From assembly GCA_003344405.1 (NCBI GenBank), contig NOWV01000284.1:1-64000 (forward strand): DNA of 64,000 nucleotides, given 5' to 3'. The notes beneath the pieces were generated by a model. The model did not search any database. It was given only the letters and a program-made list of their open reading frames with translations, and was not told the DNA's origin. Positions within the stretch are counted from its first letter, which is position 1; each line of letters begins with the position of its first letter. A program made the translations under genes and the position numbers. The DNA comes from Trichoplax sp. H2. Its lineage: Eukaryota. This document shows, in pieces, positions 1 through 15,510 of this stretch.

Positions 1-195
1 CCAATGAACATTGGACAGCCTCAATGTCTGACTGAACTTTACTCGTAAGAGATGAATATGGATTGAAATAGTGTAATCCAATTTATTGCCGTATAGTCCT
101 ATGCTCCGATTTAGAATGGGACATCAAGTTGTTGATGCCTGCTGAACTGTTTCAAAAGCAGTCGGTAGAAAGTGTAGCCTTGGAGGTGCTGTCTA

Positions 196-577
196 TTGTT
201 TGACCAGGGACCTGAGCGTAAAGTACAGTACAGTACTGTACTGTACGCATGTATACCTTGTAACTGTGCTTCGTACGACAATCTTGCGTATTCACTTCCT
301 TGTTTGACAGGGACTTGAGCATAAACGTACTATACGCATGCGTACCTTGTTACTGTGCTCCGTATGACATCTTGCGTATTCCCTTCCTTGTTTGACAAGG
401 ACCTGAGCGTAAAGTACTGTACGCATGCGTACCTTGTTACTCTGCTTCGGACGACATCTTGCGTATTCCCTTCCCTTCCTTGTTTGACAGACTTGTGCTC
501 TTGTGCATAAACGTACTGTACGCATGCGTACCTTGTTACTGTGCGCCGTATGACATCTTGCGTATTCCCTTCCTTGT
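196..577. repeat. Tandem repeat, 4 copies of an ~88-104 bp unit (TTGTTTGAC...TACGCATGCGTACCTTGTTACT...GACATCTTGCGTATTCCCTTCC)
   Basis: Units start near 196, 300, 388 and 480. The repeat explains the repetitive ORFs 292..525, 330..590 and 459..689. Confidence 0.95.
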
Positions 578-945
578 GAGCGTGAGCCACCGTAGCTGTC
601 GGACCGTGATATACTGTACAGTATTGTACACTGTACAGTATCCCCTACGAGTACTGACCCGGAATCCTGGATACAATACGAACGATTGATTTTGCCCTGA
701 TCGTTTCTCTTGTCATTGCTGCAAGTACTGAAGTGGTCAAAAGCTAGAGACCCTAAGTAAAAGCCAACCTACTGTAGTAGCTTATTTGGCTGACAATCGG
801 TGTATGATTGGAGGCATACTGTATGTTGCAAGCCTACTGCAGCCTTTCGGGAGAGATTGTGGATTAATCGCCCACCCCAAGTGAAATAGTCCATGTACAC
901 ATGTATACTGTACTGTACACTACGTTGCAAGTCTAGCTACAGTAG

Positions 946-1244
946 TGTAGCAATATGAGGCCTACTGATACATGATACCTAAGTCTTTTTACCCTACTGT
1001 GGCCTGAATTGCTTGCCATTCCAGGGTGTGATTATTGCATAAACTACTAGAAAAAGATCAGTAGTCCATAGGATCGCTGATACAGTATGTCTAGCTCCTG
1101 TAGCAATATGAGGCCTACTGATACATGATACCTGAGTCTTTTTACCCTACTGTGGCCTGAATTGCTTGCCATTCCAGGGTGTGATTATTGCATAAACTAC
1201 TAGAAAAAGATCAGTAGTCTATAGGATCGCTGATACAGTATGTC
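946..1244. repeat. Near-perfect direct tandem duplication, 153 bp period
   Basis: 946-1091 and 1099-1244 both read TGTAGCAATATGAGGCC...GATACAGTATGTC. Two substitutions seen (cctaag/cctgag, gtccat/gtctat). Confidence 0.95.
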
Positions 1245-1557
1245 CTAATGTACAGTACAATAGTTTACCTTGCTCTTGACAGGGCAAATCCATAGCAAAA
1301 TCAATGTCACCCATACAACGTCAAGAGCTGCCGCTATTGTACACATTGGCAGGTCATCGCGCCCCGCTGGGTGACATCACTGGGTGAAAACGACTGCCAT
1401 CAGATTTTGATGACTGCACAGTGTACAGTGCATGGTATAGGGTACAATGTACTGTTGTACGGTGTACAGTATTTCGATTGTTCCCATTCTACTGTACAGC
1501 ACAGTACTGTAATTTGTGAAGAGAATCTGTCTGATGTGTCACATTGCAAGATCTGTC

Positions 1558-2319
1558 TTAGTACCGTACTGTCTCACACCAGGCAATGCCATCTTTTCTT
1601 ATCAGCTTGCTGGACTGAATAGTCAGACCGTGCGATGAAGTTTCGTACACTCGTACCCTACCCGGTCCGGCCAAGCCAAGATCCACACTGACCATTACAA
1701 TTGAACAGTACTTTACAGTGTACAGTACTTTCGGTACAATACATTGTACACTAGTAGTGTACTGTACTGTATACTAGTACCGTACTGACTCACACCATGC
1801 AATGCCATCTTTTCTATCAGCTTACTGGACTGAATAGTCAGAGCGTACTGGACTGAATAGTCAGACCGTGGGATGAAGTGTCGTGCCCGGCCCGGTCTGG
1901 CCAATCGTCGATCCACACTGAGTTGTTGATCTGAGTAGTAGACGGTAGTACTGCACGTACGTGTACAGTACTAAGTATTTAGTACGTAATCGCTTACAGT
2001 TTAGTACCGAACTGACTCACACCAGGCAATGCTATCTTGTCTTACCAGCGTACTGGACTGAATAGTCAGGCCGTGGGATGAAGTGTCGTACCTGGCCCGG
2101 TCCGGCCAAGCGGCGATCCACACTGAGCTGTTGATCTGAGTAGTAGACGTAGTACTGCACGTACGTATACAGTACTACGTAATCCCTTACAGTTGAGTAC
2201 CGTAGTGACTCACACCAGGCAATGCCATCTTTTCTTATCAGCGTACTGGACTGAATAGTGAAGTGTCGTACCCTACCCGGTCCGGCCAAGCGTCGATCCA
2301 CACTGAGTGGTGGATCGAC
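1558..2319. repeat. Tandem repeat, 4 copies of an ~190-225 bp unit with a GC-rich self-complementary core, ending in a hairpin
   Basis: The motif AGTACCG..CTCACACCAGGCAATGCCATC...TGGACTGAATAGTCAG...CCCGGTCCGGCCAAG..CGATCCACACTGA recurs near 1558, 1775, 2001 and 2195. Inverted repeat GTCGATCCAC/GTGGATCGAC at 2292-2319. Confidence 0.92.
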
Positions 2320-2615
2320 CAGACGGCCACGGCTGAAAGTAGACAGACTATCAAGTTGGGGTAGACTACGCTTACGTCGACCCTCGTCCTATAGTCAACC
2401 TAGTACTCCAGGTGGTTGGGCATCGTTGACACCCGTTCCATATTACCCGGTGAACATTCATTGTGCAACATTCAAGCCACGACATAGCAGTGTTTGCTCT
2501 CTACTCATCCAAGAAAGGACTCACTTTGGGACCTTCTTTTAGTACTCCAATCATTCTTCTCTTGATAGTTTAGCAATACTTTAGTGGCTAGTAAAAAGCA
2601 GATACAGATTGTATC

Positions 2616-5600
2616 ATGGCTAAATCATACGACTATCTATTCAAATTGCTATTAATTGGTGATAGCGGCGTGGGCAAGACGTGTGTATTATTCCGATTTT
2701 CCGAAGACGCTTTCAATTCAACTTTCATCTCAACGATTGGTATGTATTATGCAGGATCGCAACTTGCTAGTATTTCCTTGTCATAGCCTCTGCTACAATA
2801 ACATGGATGCCATGTTACACTCCAAAATAGAAAGGACAAGAAGACGATGATGATATTCAGGCTAATTGTTATCATCCACCCTTGTCCAAGAAATGCATTT
2901 ATAGTCATGATTGTCTTTTTATCCATATTCTTGTCTACTGGAAACGCCTAGACGTACGTATGTCCAGGCACTTTTTGGTATGTTATTGCTTGGACGATAG
3001 GATTCCCCATGCCCATTTTTCCCTTCATCAACTCCCATAGTGCTAAAAGATGACATATCTCCAAGACTTGATCATCAAAGCTTCCCATCACACACTTGGA
3101 CTGCATCAATTTCACCTAGTAAGCAGAATCACTTGCATAGTCGTTGATCATCATCATCATCTAGGCACTACCAAACGTAGCCCATCCTACAGTACTGTAT
3201 ACATACATCCCTCATTCAGATGGATCGCTCCCATCGATGAAGCAACCCCATTTTTTTTTTTACACTTTGTCATACCATCTTGAATGGATGGAATAAGAAC
3301 TTGTGGCGATCATTTTAGCACTCTAGGCGGGCGGCTATCTGCCACTTTAAACTTTGTCCAATGGTAGTCGTGATAGAGCAAACATATTAGTAATTTAGAG
3401 ATGTCTGCCGTCTTTCTCTATCCCAGTGGATAGGGAATCTTACCCTGCTAATTGCTATCCTACTCTCTAATGGTGGAGGATTGATTAGTCGTGATGTCAT
3501 CACCATCCAGCCTGCTGGATCACAACTTATCCATTACTTGACTGTATTCCATGTTGAAAGAACGACGATAGAATGGAGAAAAAGAAAACTTGGACTAGTC
3601 CAAAGTATTCCACTCTACTGTAGACCATAGAATCTTATCGACAGTGCTAGTGTCTTTATTTCATTGCTCGCTTGGCTATTGCTTATAAAGAAGAATATCT
3701 ACCACAATGGCAAAGGACTCGGTGCACCGTTGGGGTTTGCATGTTTTGATCCAATGACTAATACAACATGCCCATGATGTCCACTATCTATTCAATTTTT
3801 GATGACTAATTCTGAAGATTGCCTATCGTAACTAGTGCTTATCCTTAGTCTTAACTTGATCCATAATATCAGTGAACTTTTTATTTATTTTCTAGTATCA
3901 AGACATGATTTATTTACAATTTCCAACACAATTTTACATGCCACTAGTGATCGTCATAATGATCAAGATGTTGTTAGTCAACTATCGTAGGGGCAAGCAC
4001 ATAAATTGCTTGTCCAGCAAATCCTCATTTTGCCCATATCGTAACTGATTGTATATCTTTCAAAAACATATTACTGTACTGTCTCCCATGACCCTTTTTG
4101 ACTTGAAAGTTTCAAGTTAACACTTCATCTTTGATTTTGTTTCAAATATTCCTACACAGCATATTGCAAGTACTCCTTACTTAGTAAGAATAGTTAATAT
4201 CGTACTGTAAAAATGGATATCACAGTCTATAGCTTGACACACAAACTATGGTAGTGGAAGTAGATCCATCGATGGTGGATTAATCATTGGATTACGGGTA
4301 TAGTTTAGTACCTTTTCTTTCCAACATGTCATCACCTAATATTATACGGTAGATAGGCTACATGGAGGACGGTGACGTAGTTCAACGGAAAAGGAAAGAA
4401 AGTTAAACAAAGCATTCCCACTTCTAGTACGGTACAGTTTTATTATGATGAATTGGGTATTCTGCTGTAGTCTGATGTTTCTATTTTTGCAGTACAGTAT
4501 GGTGTACCTTTGCATATTTTCCAATCAAATCCTCAACCTCCGTTTTATGCCCACTCAAATTTGGATATGATCTTTGATCATATGGGCATGAAAACCCACA
4601 ATATACTGTAATATCATGAGTTGTGTAAATAGTAACAAATTTTGTAGCTTTTTCTCGACTGGGTCCGATTCTTCATTACGTCCAAAGCCTTTTCTTCGAG
4701 TAATCCATCACATTATTGTATTTCCTTATGCCAACCTATCCGGTTGGTTTTTTTTCGGCAATGACGAAGACAGTTTGAATTGATTTCACTAGCGCTGCCG
4801 GAGGTCTTTTCTCTCTCTCTCTCTCTTGCAAGACTTCATACAGTACCGCCGAAGTGGAATACAGTAGTAACGCACTATGGCACCCTGAATAATAATAGGT
4901 AGTTTAGTAAATCCCTTAGCTGTCCATTCTACACTTTGAAATTCTACTTCGTTCGAATTATACGCCGCCTATCTTACCTGGACATTGTTTCCAATCGGCC
5001 ATAATGGATCCAATACTTTTACTACTGATGCACTGCAACCGTATGGAATCCGGTGAAATTTGACAACATCATTTCTAGCCCAGCGATTGGAAATCTTCTA
5101 TACTTGTTTTGATTAATTATCATTCTACCGTATATTATATATTATTATTCCTCTGTCGATCCTGCCTTGCCGGTATATTTTGGCTTCAGCTAATGCGGCA
5201 GCTCGTCGTATTTACTTACGGAACTCTACTGTTACACAGTTACATTCTTGTTCGACATCGTTCTGTTACATTGTAAAATCATAGACATTGTCATCGTGAC
5301 CTTCCTACACGCGTATCCTGATACCGTCATATGTTTGAATAAATTCATCGCACATATCCCTTTCGGTTCATTCTCGCAATTCTGGTATATATGTAAGTTC
5401 AAGTTTGAACATTAATTAACCAGAACCAGAGAATAACGCGGAAATAAACACTCATTCCAATGTCTTTTAAGACCTGTTTGTTGCTAATATTGCATTCCTC
5501 ATTAATGTTAATGGAACACGAGTACAATATGTATTTTTCCATTATGATTGCCTTAAATTAGTATCATTGCCTCAAAAGGAGCATTACGCTTTGATAATAT

Positions 5601-7232
5601 AGTTCAAACCACTATGTTGACACATGTAGATTTTTCCTATCTGTTGCTACTGCATTACTGTAGACTGTAGTTGCAAACTACTACTCAACGGACTCACTAA
5701 CCGCATTGCTGACAATTGCCGCATTAATCAATGCCGAGTCTGAAAATTCCGTAAATTGTCATTAAAAGATAATAAAAACTCGATTTTAATCGATTTTTAT
5801 TATTGGACTTATTTGATGAAGCAATCTCGAAAGCTTAATTAAAGAATTTACTAAATTTTTCATTTATGAGAGAATTTTTAATTTAATATTTATACTACAT
5901 TCAGGCATTGACTTCAAAATTAGGACCATTGAACTCGATGGAAAGAAAATTAAATTGCAAATATGGTATGCTATCGTAAATTAATACTTGGAAGTACATG
6001 TCTAAAATTATATTTGATAGTGGCCTCGCTATTGTTGCTATCATTTCTTCTACTGTACTTTACCGCTGTTAACACCGTAAATAATGTTACTTTAAAAAGT
6101 GTAAAGTATATTATTAAAAGATGCAACTATTACACTAAAAGATATAAATAGGAACAGCATACACACTGCTTATAATAGCTGTAACATAGTACGACAATAG
6201 GCCTAAGCATTATAACATAAAAGATGATAATTCTAGGTTATAGCCAAAGGAAAAGATCATTCTAGCCATCCTTGCTTACTACGAACAATATCGTTTTAAT
6301 TTGATAGGGATACTGCAGGACAAGAGAGATTTAGAACAATCACTACTGCCTACTATCGCGGTGCTATGGTACGTAACCTATAGTGAAAGTAATCTTATAC
6401 GCGTGTAATTGCTCTTTCAGCTATAGTAATCTATTTTAGGCTATCTTGTATCAATTGAATCAATGCTGTGTGCAATGTTACAAAGCGTAAGATCAAGCCT
6501 CAAACGAGTGTAAAAGTCTGCTAATAATTGTTATTGCTACTTATAGGGCATTATGCTCGTTTTTGATATCACAAACGAAAGATCGTTCGAAAATATCAAG
6601 ACTTGGATAAGGAATATTGAAGAGCATGCAGCCAGTGATGTAGAAAAGATGATTTTAGGAAATAAGTGTGACGTAGTTGACAAGCGTCAGGTTTCGAAAG
6701 AACAAGCACAACAGGTACTACAGATTGATTGCAATTTATAGCGCGTATTATATCGTTAATAGAGTACGTTGGTTATTTCTTAAATCAATTCATTTAGCTT
6801 GCAGCAGAATATGGCGTTAAGTTTTCTGAAACGAGCGCAAAAGATGGTCACAATGTAGAGGAGGTAAATTTTGTTCAACTACCGTTATCTAGCATTATCG
6901 GATCGAGCTTAGATGTTTGAATCGCCATCGTCTAAAGTCACGATATAATGCAAATATATTAATGATATCAACATTTTACAGGCATTCATGACGTTAGCAA
7001 AAGATATTAAGGCTAAGATGGATCGGAAGCAGGTAACTTATTTTATGACTTGTTTTTATTTCCGCTCAAGTTCAAATTTATTAACCTACGATTTAATATG
7101 TGACCATTATAGCAAGAAAACAATAATGGTGGTGGCTCACACAGTAGCCCGAATGTTCATGTCGGATCACAAGGTGGTAAAGATAAGAAGGCTAATGCAA
7201 ATCGCTCCTTTAGCTGGTGTACGCTGCTGTGA
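2616..7232 (+). CDS. RAB8: Ras-related protein Rab-8, 216 aa, 7 coding exons
   Basis: Exons 2616-2739, 5905-5965, 6308-6368, 6547-6714, 6798-6863, 6982-7032, 7113-7232; all GT-AG and phases compatible. Translation [83 protein letters not shown]...GNKCD...ETSAK..., ending in CaaX CTLL, as expected for the Rab8 subfamily. Confidence 0.97.
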
Positions 7233-8723
7233 TTGCATCTCTGCTACCGTTCTATGCTAATAACATCAAATTTAAAATCGGTAGATTTCAAATATGAAAA
7301 TTAGTGAATTAATTCACCAAAATTTGTGCAAAATTTTCGCTAAAATATATATATAGATTTCTACTGTTGGTAATAACGTTATTTTGCGGCGTAATTATAA
7401 CAATACATCTACGTAATTAAGTCTATATATAATATCTTGGTACATTTTTGCACCATTCGCCAATAAAGGTGCTGTAATGAAATAGATATCGAATTACAAC
7501 CATACTTAAAATACAATCTTCTAGGGATATAATTAAAAGTGCTGTAATGCGAATTACTATTGATGTAGAATGCATAACACGTAGACTATTATAGTACAGT
7601 TAGACGCTTTAGAACCATACATGAATAATTTCTTAAGAGAATGTAATCATTTCGTCGCTGTAAAGCGTTGCTTCAATAATTCTCTTAACGTTAACAAACT
7701 TTTGCGCATTTAAATCGATTTGCCATTCGCAGTAATTTTCAGTGCTTTATTAATTTTCCATTTAACATTTGGCCGTAATGGTTTAGTATTTTTAAAATTG
7801 ATGATTGTATGCACATGTTCTTGGAAAAATTTTACGCGATTGTGACATTCGCCTTACGTATACTTGTTTACTAACGCATAACATACTACAACTTGAATAG
7901 TGCAAATGCGGTAAGTCTCTGAAAAGTTGTACAGATATAGCGGTGGTTATTAATTTTGCCATGATCAAATCTATCTAATGTCTTTGAGTTGCCGCTGTCA
8001 TGTCGCTTTGCATAAACTATACTTACTGGGCTAGAAAATCCTAACAATGGATTTATCTACAGTCGACTTAACTAAATGATTAAAATCAGTGTTTAAAATT
8101 AATATTAGTTCAATATCAAGCAAGACTTGACTTGTCTAGCAGCGTGCCTTTTATAGTGCCAGGTATAACTATTCTTCAGTTGAATTTAAACGACTGAAAA
8201 TGATTATTTAGATCAACTTGTACTCGACGAATAAAACTGCCAAACTTTATTTTAATTCTGAAGACTTTACTCTTGTAGCAGGTTTCGTAAAGATATCTTA
8301 CAACATATGACAAGATCTACAGTACTAAATATGCAATGTACACATTTATAATAATATAGTTTACATCAAAAAACACATCGGAAGGACTTGAGGAAACTAA
8401 AGAAAGTTGTTGTCGTAATCAGTAGTAAGGAGAGAGAAATTCTTTCAATAAACTGCAAATATAATAAGAACTTCATTGCTAATGATCATTAAAGTTACAG
8501 TAGATTCATTTCCTTGAGATGTAATGATAAGTTAAGAAATAGCTGTGACAGTGATAACGTCGTAGTGGAGTATGTTTTTACAAATACAATATCGTTACTA
8601 TCAGTGTAGCAGTAAGTAGACAGCTACCACTTTGCATAATAATCATAATCATGGCTTTAGTAGTGGAATGTTATACACGATACGTATAAAGCTACAACAT
8701 ATCAAGCTATTAGCAGTGTAAAA

Positions 8724-11700
8724 TTACGTATCACCAGTCATGATCGCCGAGAATTCCTCTTCGTTAACTAAACAGCATGACAAAAAATCAAACATAGTGG
8801 TCAATGCACTTAATCAGATCATTTTATTGGTAGGTATGCATACTCAATTGCTCATTACTCTCATCAGTACTTTTACTGCTTACTTTCTCCATCTCCGTCC
8901 TTGTCAAATTCATCTATCATTGCTCGCAGCTCTTCATCAGCCATATTCTCTCCTAATTCCCTAGCAACACGTCTTAAATTTCTTAAGCTAATCTTGCCCG
9001 TACCATCATCATCGAATAATTTGAAAGCCTTAAAAACTTCCTCATGTGGATCTCTATCAAGCATCCAGTCTGTCACTTAAAATTAATTGAGCGTGTTAAC
9101 CCCTTGCAGTTCTACTTGAAGCACTTTTTGAAGTTTGTAGATAACTAGGAATTCGCTCTGATTACATAAAGCGATTTGCATGCACCGCAAAACCAAAACA
9201 GACGTAAATCTATTCAGCAATGTCTATTTACCATTACAAACTATGTCAAGAAATTAGTCATTAAATTTGTACTTGCTAGTTTCAGTGAATAACTGTACAA
9301 CTTTATGAATGAATCGCTATTTTTAAAAGGGACTCTACCATTAAATAATTTCATTAATAATTCAGTAATTCAATAGTACTAATCGAAAATACAAGTGATA
9401 AAGTACTTTCCTATCGGATCGTCTCCTTAATTATCTGTATTAATAAAAGATTTCTAAACAAGTATTGATTTTGTTCTTGTGTCCATTCTAGCATTAATTA
9501 GTTGAATTGCTATTATGAGAGCGATACTAACGTACTACGATTTATTTCTATTATTATACTGTACGGAATAGTGGGGAATTTTTCTTAAAATGCATAGTAA
9601 CTATAATCAATCATACGTGTATAAATTAAATGCAAATAAATTTATTTCCTGGTACTATGTAACGAAGACAGAATACTTGAAACTGGACCATGCGTCGACA
9701 ACGCAACGAGTATAGCAATAATAATTCCGTTGGTTACTTACTGACTTCGAAAAAGTCCTCAAAAGTAATCTTATTTGTGCCTTCACGATCATAGTCACGT
9801 AAAACTTTTAAAACATCTGCTTTCTTAACGTCAAAGCCCAAAGCTCTCATTGCTACCTATCAAAGAGACATGTGAATATTATTACATTAGCTCTAGATAC
9901 ACTTTGTTGTTAACTTAAGATGTGTACCGTTGTGCAGATACATAACTTAAGACAATACTATAGAGTGATTCTGAGTACATTATAATAAAAGTGGATGTAT
10001 TTTAGAATTACATGAATTTATTCTTCAAGCAGAGAATACAATCGCCCTATTAATTATTAATTTGCTACGTCGTATCATGCATGCCTTCACCAATGATGCA
10101 ATGACTCTATCATAATAATAAGCATGTAAATTGATTGTATTACTCATCCTTTACAGTACTGAATTGTACCTATTCTATGTTCTACGAACGATCAAGAATT
10201 TACATTATTAATTAATTAATTATACTCCTCTTAGATATTCTATAAGTCTTTAAAAGCATCATAATATAATTATAATCAATTGCAGCATTACATAGTATTA
10301 GAATAATAGAAATTTTATACAACGGTTTATGTTGTGCCATAAAACGAATCGTTCACTTGCAGTAATGACTTGTACAGGTATAGTATAGTAGCATGATTAG
10401 CCTAATGGCAACGCCGTTAACAGCTAGTATTGTAGGCATATTGAATTTTACACTCAAGGGTCAAAAATCATCAATACGGCGTTTGTCAATCTGTCAATAT
10501 GTTGCAGTTGGATGTCAGTATGTTCGTTTTTTCAATGCCAAACACATACATAAGTCAATATTGAAAATAAGAGTGCATACACACCATTATTCGCTTATAG
10601 AGGCATTCTACAACGCTATGCATGGATCATTACGAGTTTTGTAATAGATATTCAATGTGAAGGCTAGAAGCTATCGAAAAAGCGATACCGACACTAATTT
10701 AGTACCATGATTACTCAAAGTAATCCAACTATTCCCATTAGAACGTATTATGCGAATCTATAGCGTCGATAATAATAATACAGGACAGTAGTGTTGCTCA
10801 ATATAAGTGAATACCTGAAAGCAATTACGAGACCTTGCTATAGTGATTGTATAAAATGATTGTGTCAATAAATATTCCTATGACTACTAGTCTTTAGATT
10901 AGAGCATGGCGTTCCTATCCAAACAAATTTGTCCAAATTACTAACTACAATAGTGTTAAAGTAGTAAGTTCATTGTAAAACCATCCGTATTAAGATCCAT
11001 CTTTGCATGCTTCACAAGATGGCATAACGGAATATCAAAGCAGTCAGTCAAGGAGTTCAATAATGCGTACTTTAGTGACAATGTTATTTTGAATGGATAG
11101 TAATGGATCCGATGTTTTCTTGAATGGAACATTTTAAAAGTTTCTTCAATTGTAGTCCTCTAAAGCATGACAGCTTTAAAATAGTCAACGACATACATTG
11201 AATTCAGTGTAATTTACTGGTCTTGAACTTTCACTTTTATCATTTACTTTATTACAGTCAATCGCCGCAATATTGCATGACCATTGCATGTTGGCAAGAT
11301 TCAAGTATCACAATAATTCATCAATACCATTCTACGATATACTATGTGTTGGAATACGGGCACCTTTTCCAATTGACTACTATCTGGATCGGTGAAATGT
11401 TATAGCAGCGACATCCAGTGAGCTATAAGCTATCAACAATCCGAGTACACAACTTACAGAATAGGGTGTCAATTGTTTCCTAAATTCAAACAAGCGAATA
11501 CCGTTAATTATTGATGATTCGTTGTCGCTTTCAAATTTTCCCATTTGATTCAAGCATCAAAGTACTGCAATCTTGCTAGCTTAACTGATTCTATCCTATA
11601 TAATCCCATCCTGGATTATTGATTAATGGTATTATAATCTATGATGAGCCATCGAGTGTACAGTATCGTGAAGTGGCGCAGTCGGCTGATTTTTGTCCAA

Positions 11701-12182
11701 TCGTAAGTGTATGGAAAATATCCTATCATACATCATAACTGTCATTTATTTAGATAACGTAATATACTTGTAGAGATCTTTTTAGAGTCTCCAATGTACA
11801 ATACAATGGTAAGTTGTCTACAGGGAATACTAAAAAGAAGAGAGAGAAAGACGTAGGAGCGCTGGTCTCACTGCATGATAAAATATGCAAAGCTTTGCAT
11901 GATCGTCTATTACCGCGAGATCAACTGACTACGATCGCGTTAACGATCATACAAAAGCTATCCAATCCAGTCACAACTAACCATGTACACAGGAACTAAA
12001 GTTGTAAACCTTGAAAAGAGGACAGTTACCTTTAATTCATGATAGTCGATGGCTCGATCTTTGTCGGTATCAAATAATTCGAAAGCTTCTTTAATTTCTT
12101 GTTTTTGCTCTTCAGTTAACTCGCGCCTTTTACCACGACGCTTACCGCCTTTATCTAAGGCGTAATCAGTACGCAACGACAT
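8724..12182 (-). CDS. CETN3: Centrin-3 (EF-hand, Cdc31 subfamily), 167 aa, 4 coding exons
   Basis: Exons 12182-12030, 9856-9742, 9075-8884, 8767-8724; phases compatible. Translation ...[147 protein letters not shown]. Confidence 0.97.
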
Positions 12183-13044
12183 GATCGATCGACAGCGATG
12201 TTTATTAGGCCAAAACTAGTTGAAATTGTCCTTCAACGCAATAGTAAGAATCAAGATTGTGAGTTTAATGGCAACGACTGTCTTCTATCGATAGAGATGA
12301 CCTTTAATTAATAGCCGTCTTCTAATTAATGATTGTATGATGGCCGCCTGCAGCAGATTGGGCTTACATCCACTTAATCTTAATAATCTAATCTAGTCGA
12401 TGAACGCGTATGTTTACTGTAATCCACTTGGACTAGCTTTTACCTCAGGCTTACGGCCGGACAGTGTGACAGCCCAGCAGGGGCTGAGGAGTCTGCGAGT
12501 AGGGGAGGGGGGGGGATGGTTGGATCGGTTGGTGACGCTTGACCTCCTCTGTATCCCCCCCCCCCCCGGGGCCCCTTGTCACTCTACTGTACTGTGTAAG
12601 GTATTCTATTGTGTACTACTGTATACAGTGGTCTGTACGTGAAATAATGTCATCTCTTAGCTAGGTTTGTACTGTAGCAATAGACTATGTACTGTAAAAG
12701 AACTTGCAATCACACCTTATCTTAACTCCGATATACAGTACAAACTGAAAGAAAGGATGCTACAAGGGGTGACATCATTTGACGCAGACAAACCCCAGTC
12801 CAGTGGTTCATGCTGTAGACTGTACAATATAGAATATACTGAAATTCTTTTACCGTAAATACATTGGCTATAGAAAGCAAACCCCCACTGACACGTGACG
12901 GTTATAGAGTTCCGTCCGTAGTGTCTGTGTTCCAACTAGTACAGTGTACAGTACACTTCGACAGTACTTATTACTGTAACAAAGTACTGTAGTAGCGGTG
13001 CTCAAGCATACTGTACGATGCGGCCTCTCATTCTGCCACATGTC
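12183..13044. promoter_or_regulatory. Probable bidirectional promoter between CETN3 and GPATCH4
   Basis: 862 bp between divergent start codons. Locally raised GC with poly-G/poly-C tracts (12502-12575), CACGTG near 12892, and many TACTGTA/TACAGTA motifs. Confidence 0.7.

Positions 13045-15510
<2,466 letters not shown>

Noticed and set aside
1..195. Possible 3' end of a + strand gene (…TELYS|PMLRFRMGHQVVDAC*)
   Set aside because: Needs a 52-nt intron, several frames are equally plausible, and it is truncated by the window edge.
196..2319. CRISPR-like repeat-spacer array
   Set aside because: Units are 90-220 bp, the variable parts are related to each other rather than unique spacers, there are no cas genes, and the context is eukaryotic.
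292..2542. ORFs 292..525, 330..590, 459..689, 1371..1622, 1713..1916, 2032..2301, 2258..2542 as proteins
   Set aside because: They are by-products of tandem repeats and TACAG-type low-complexity DNA, with no recognisable domain.
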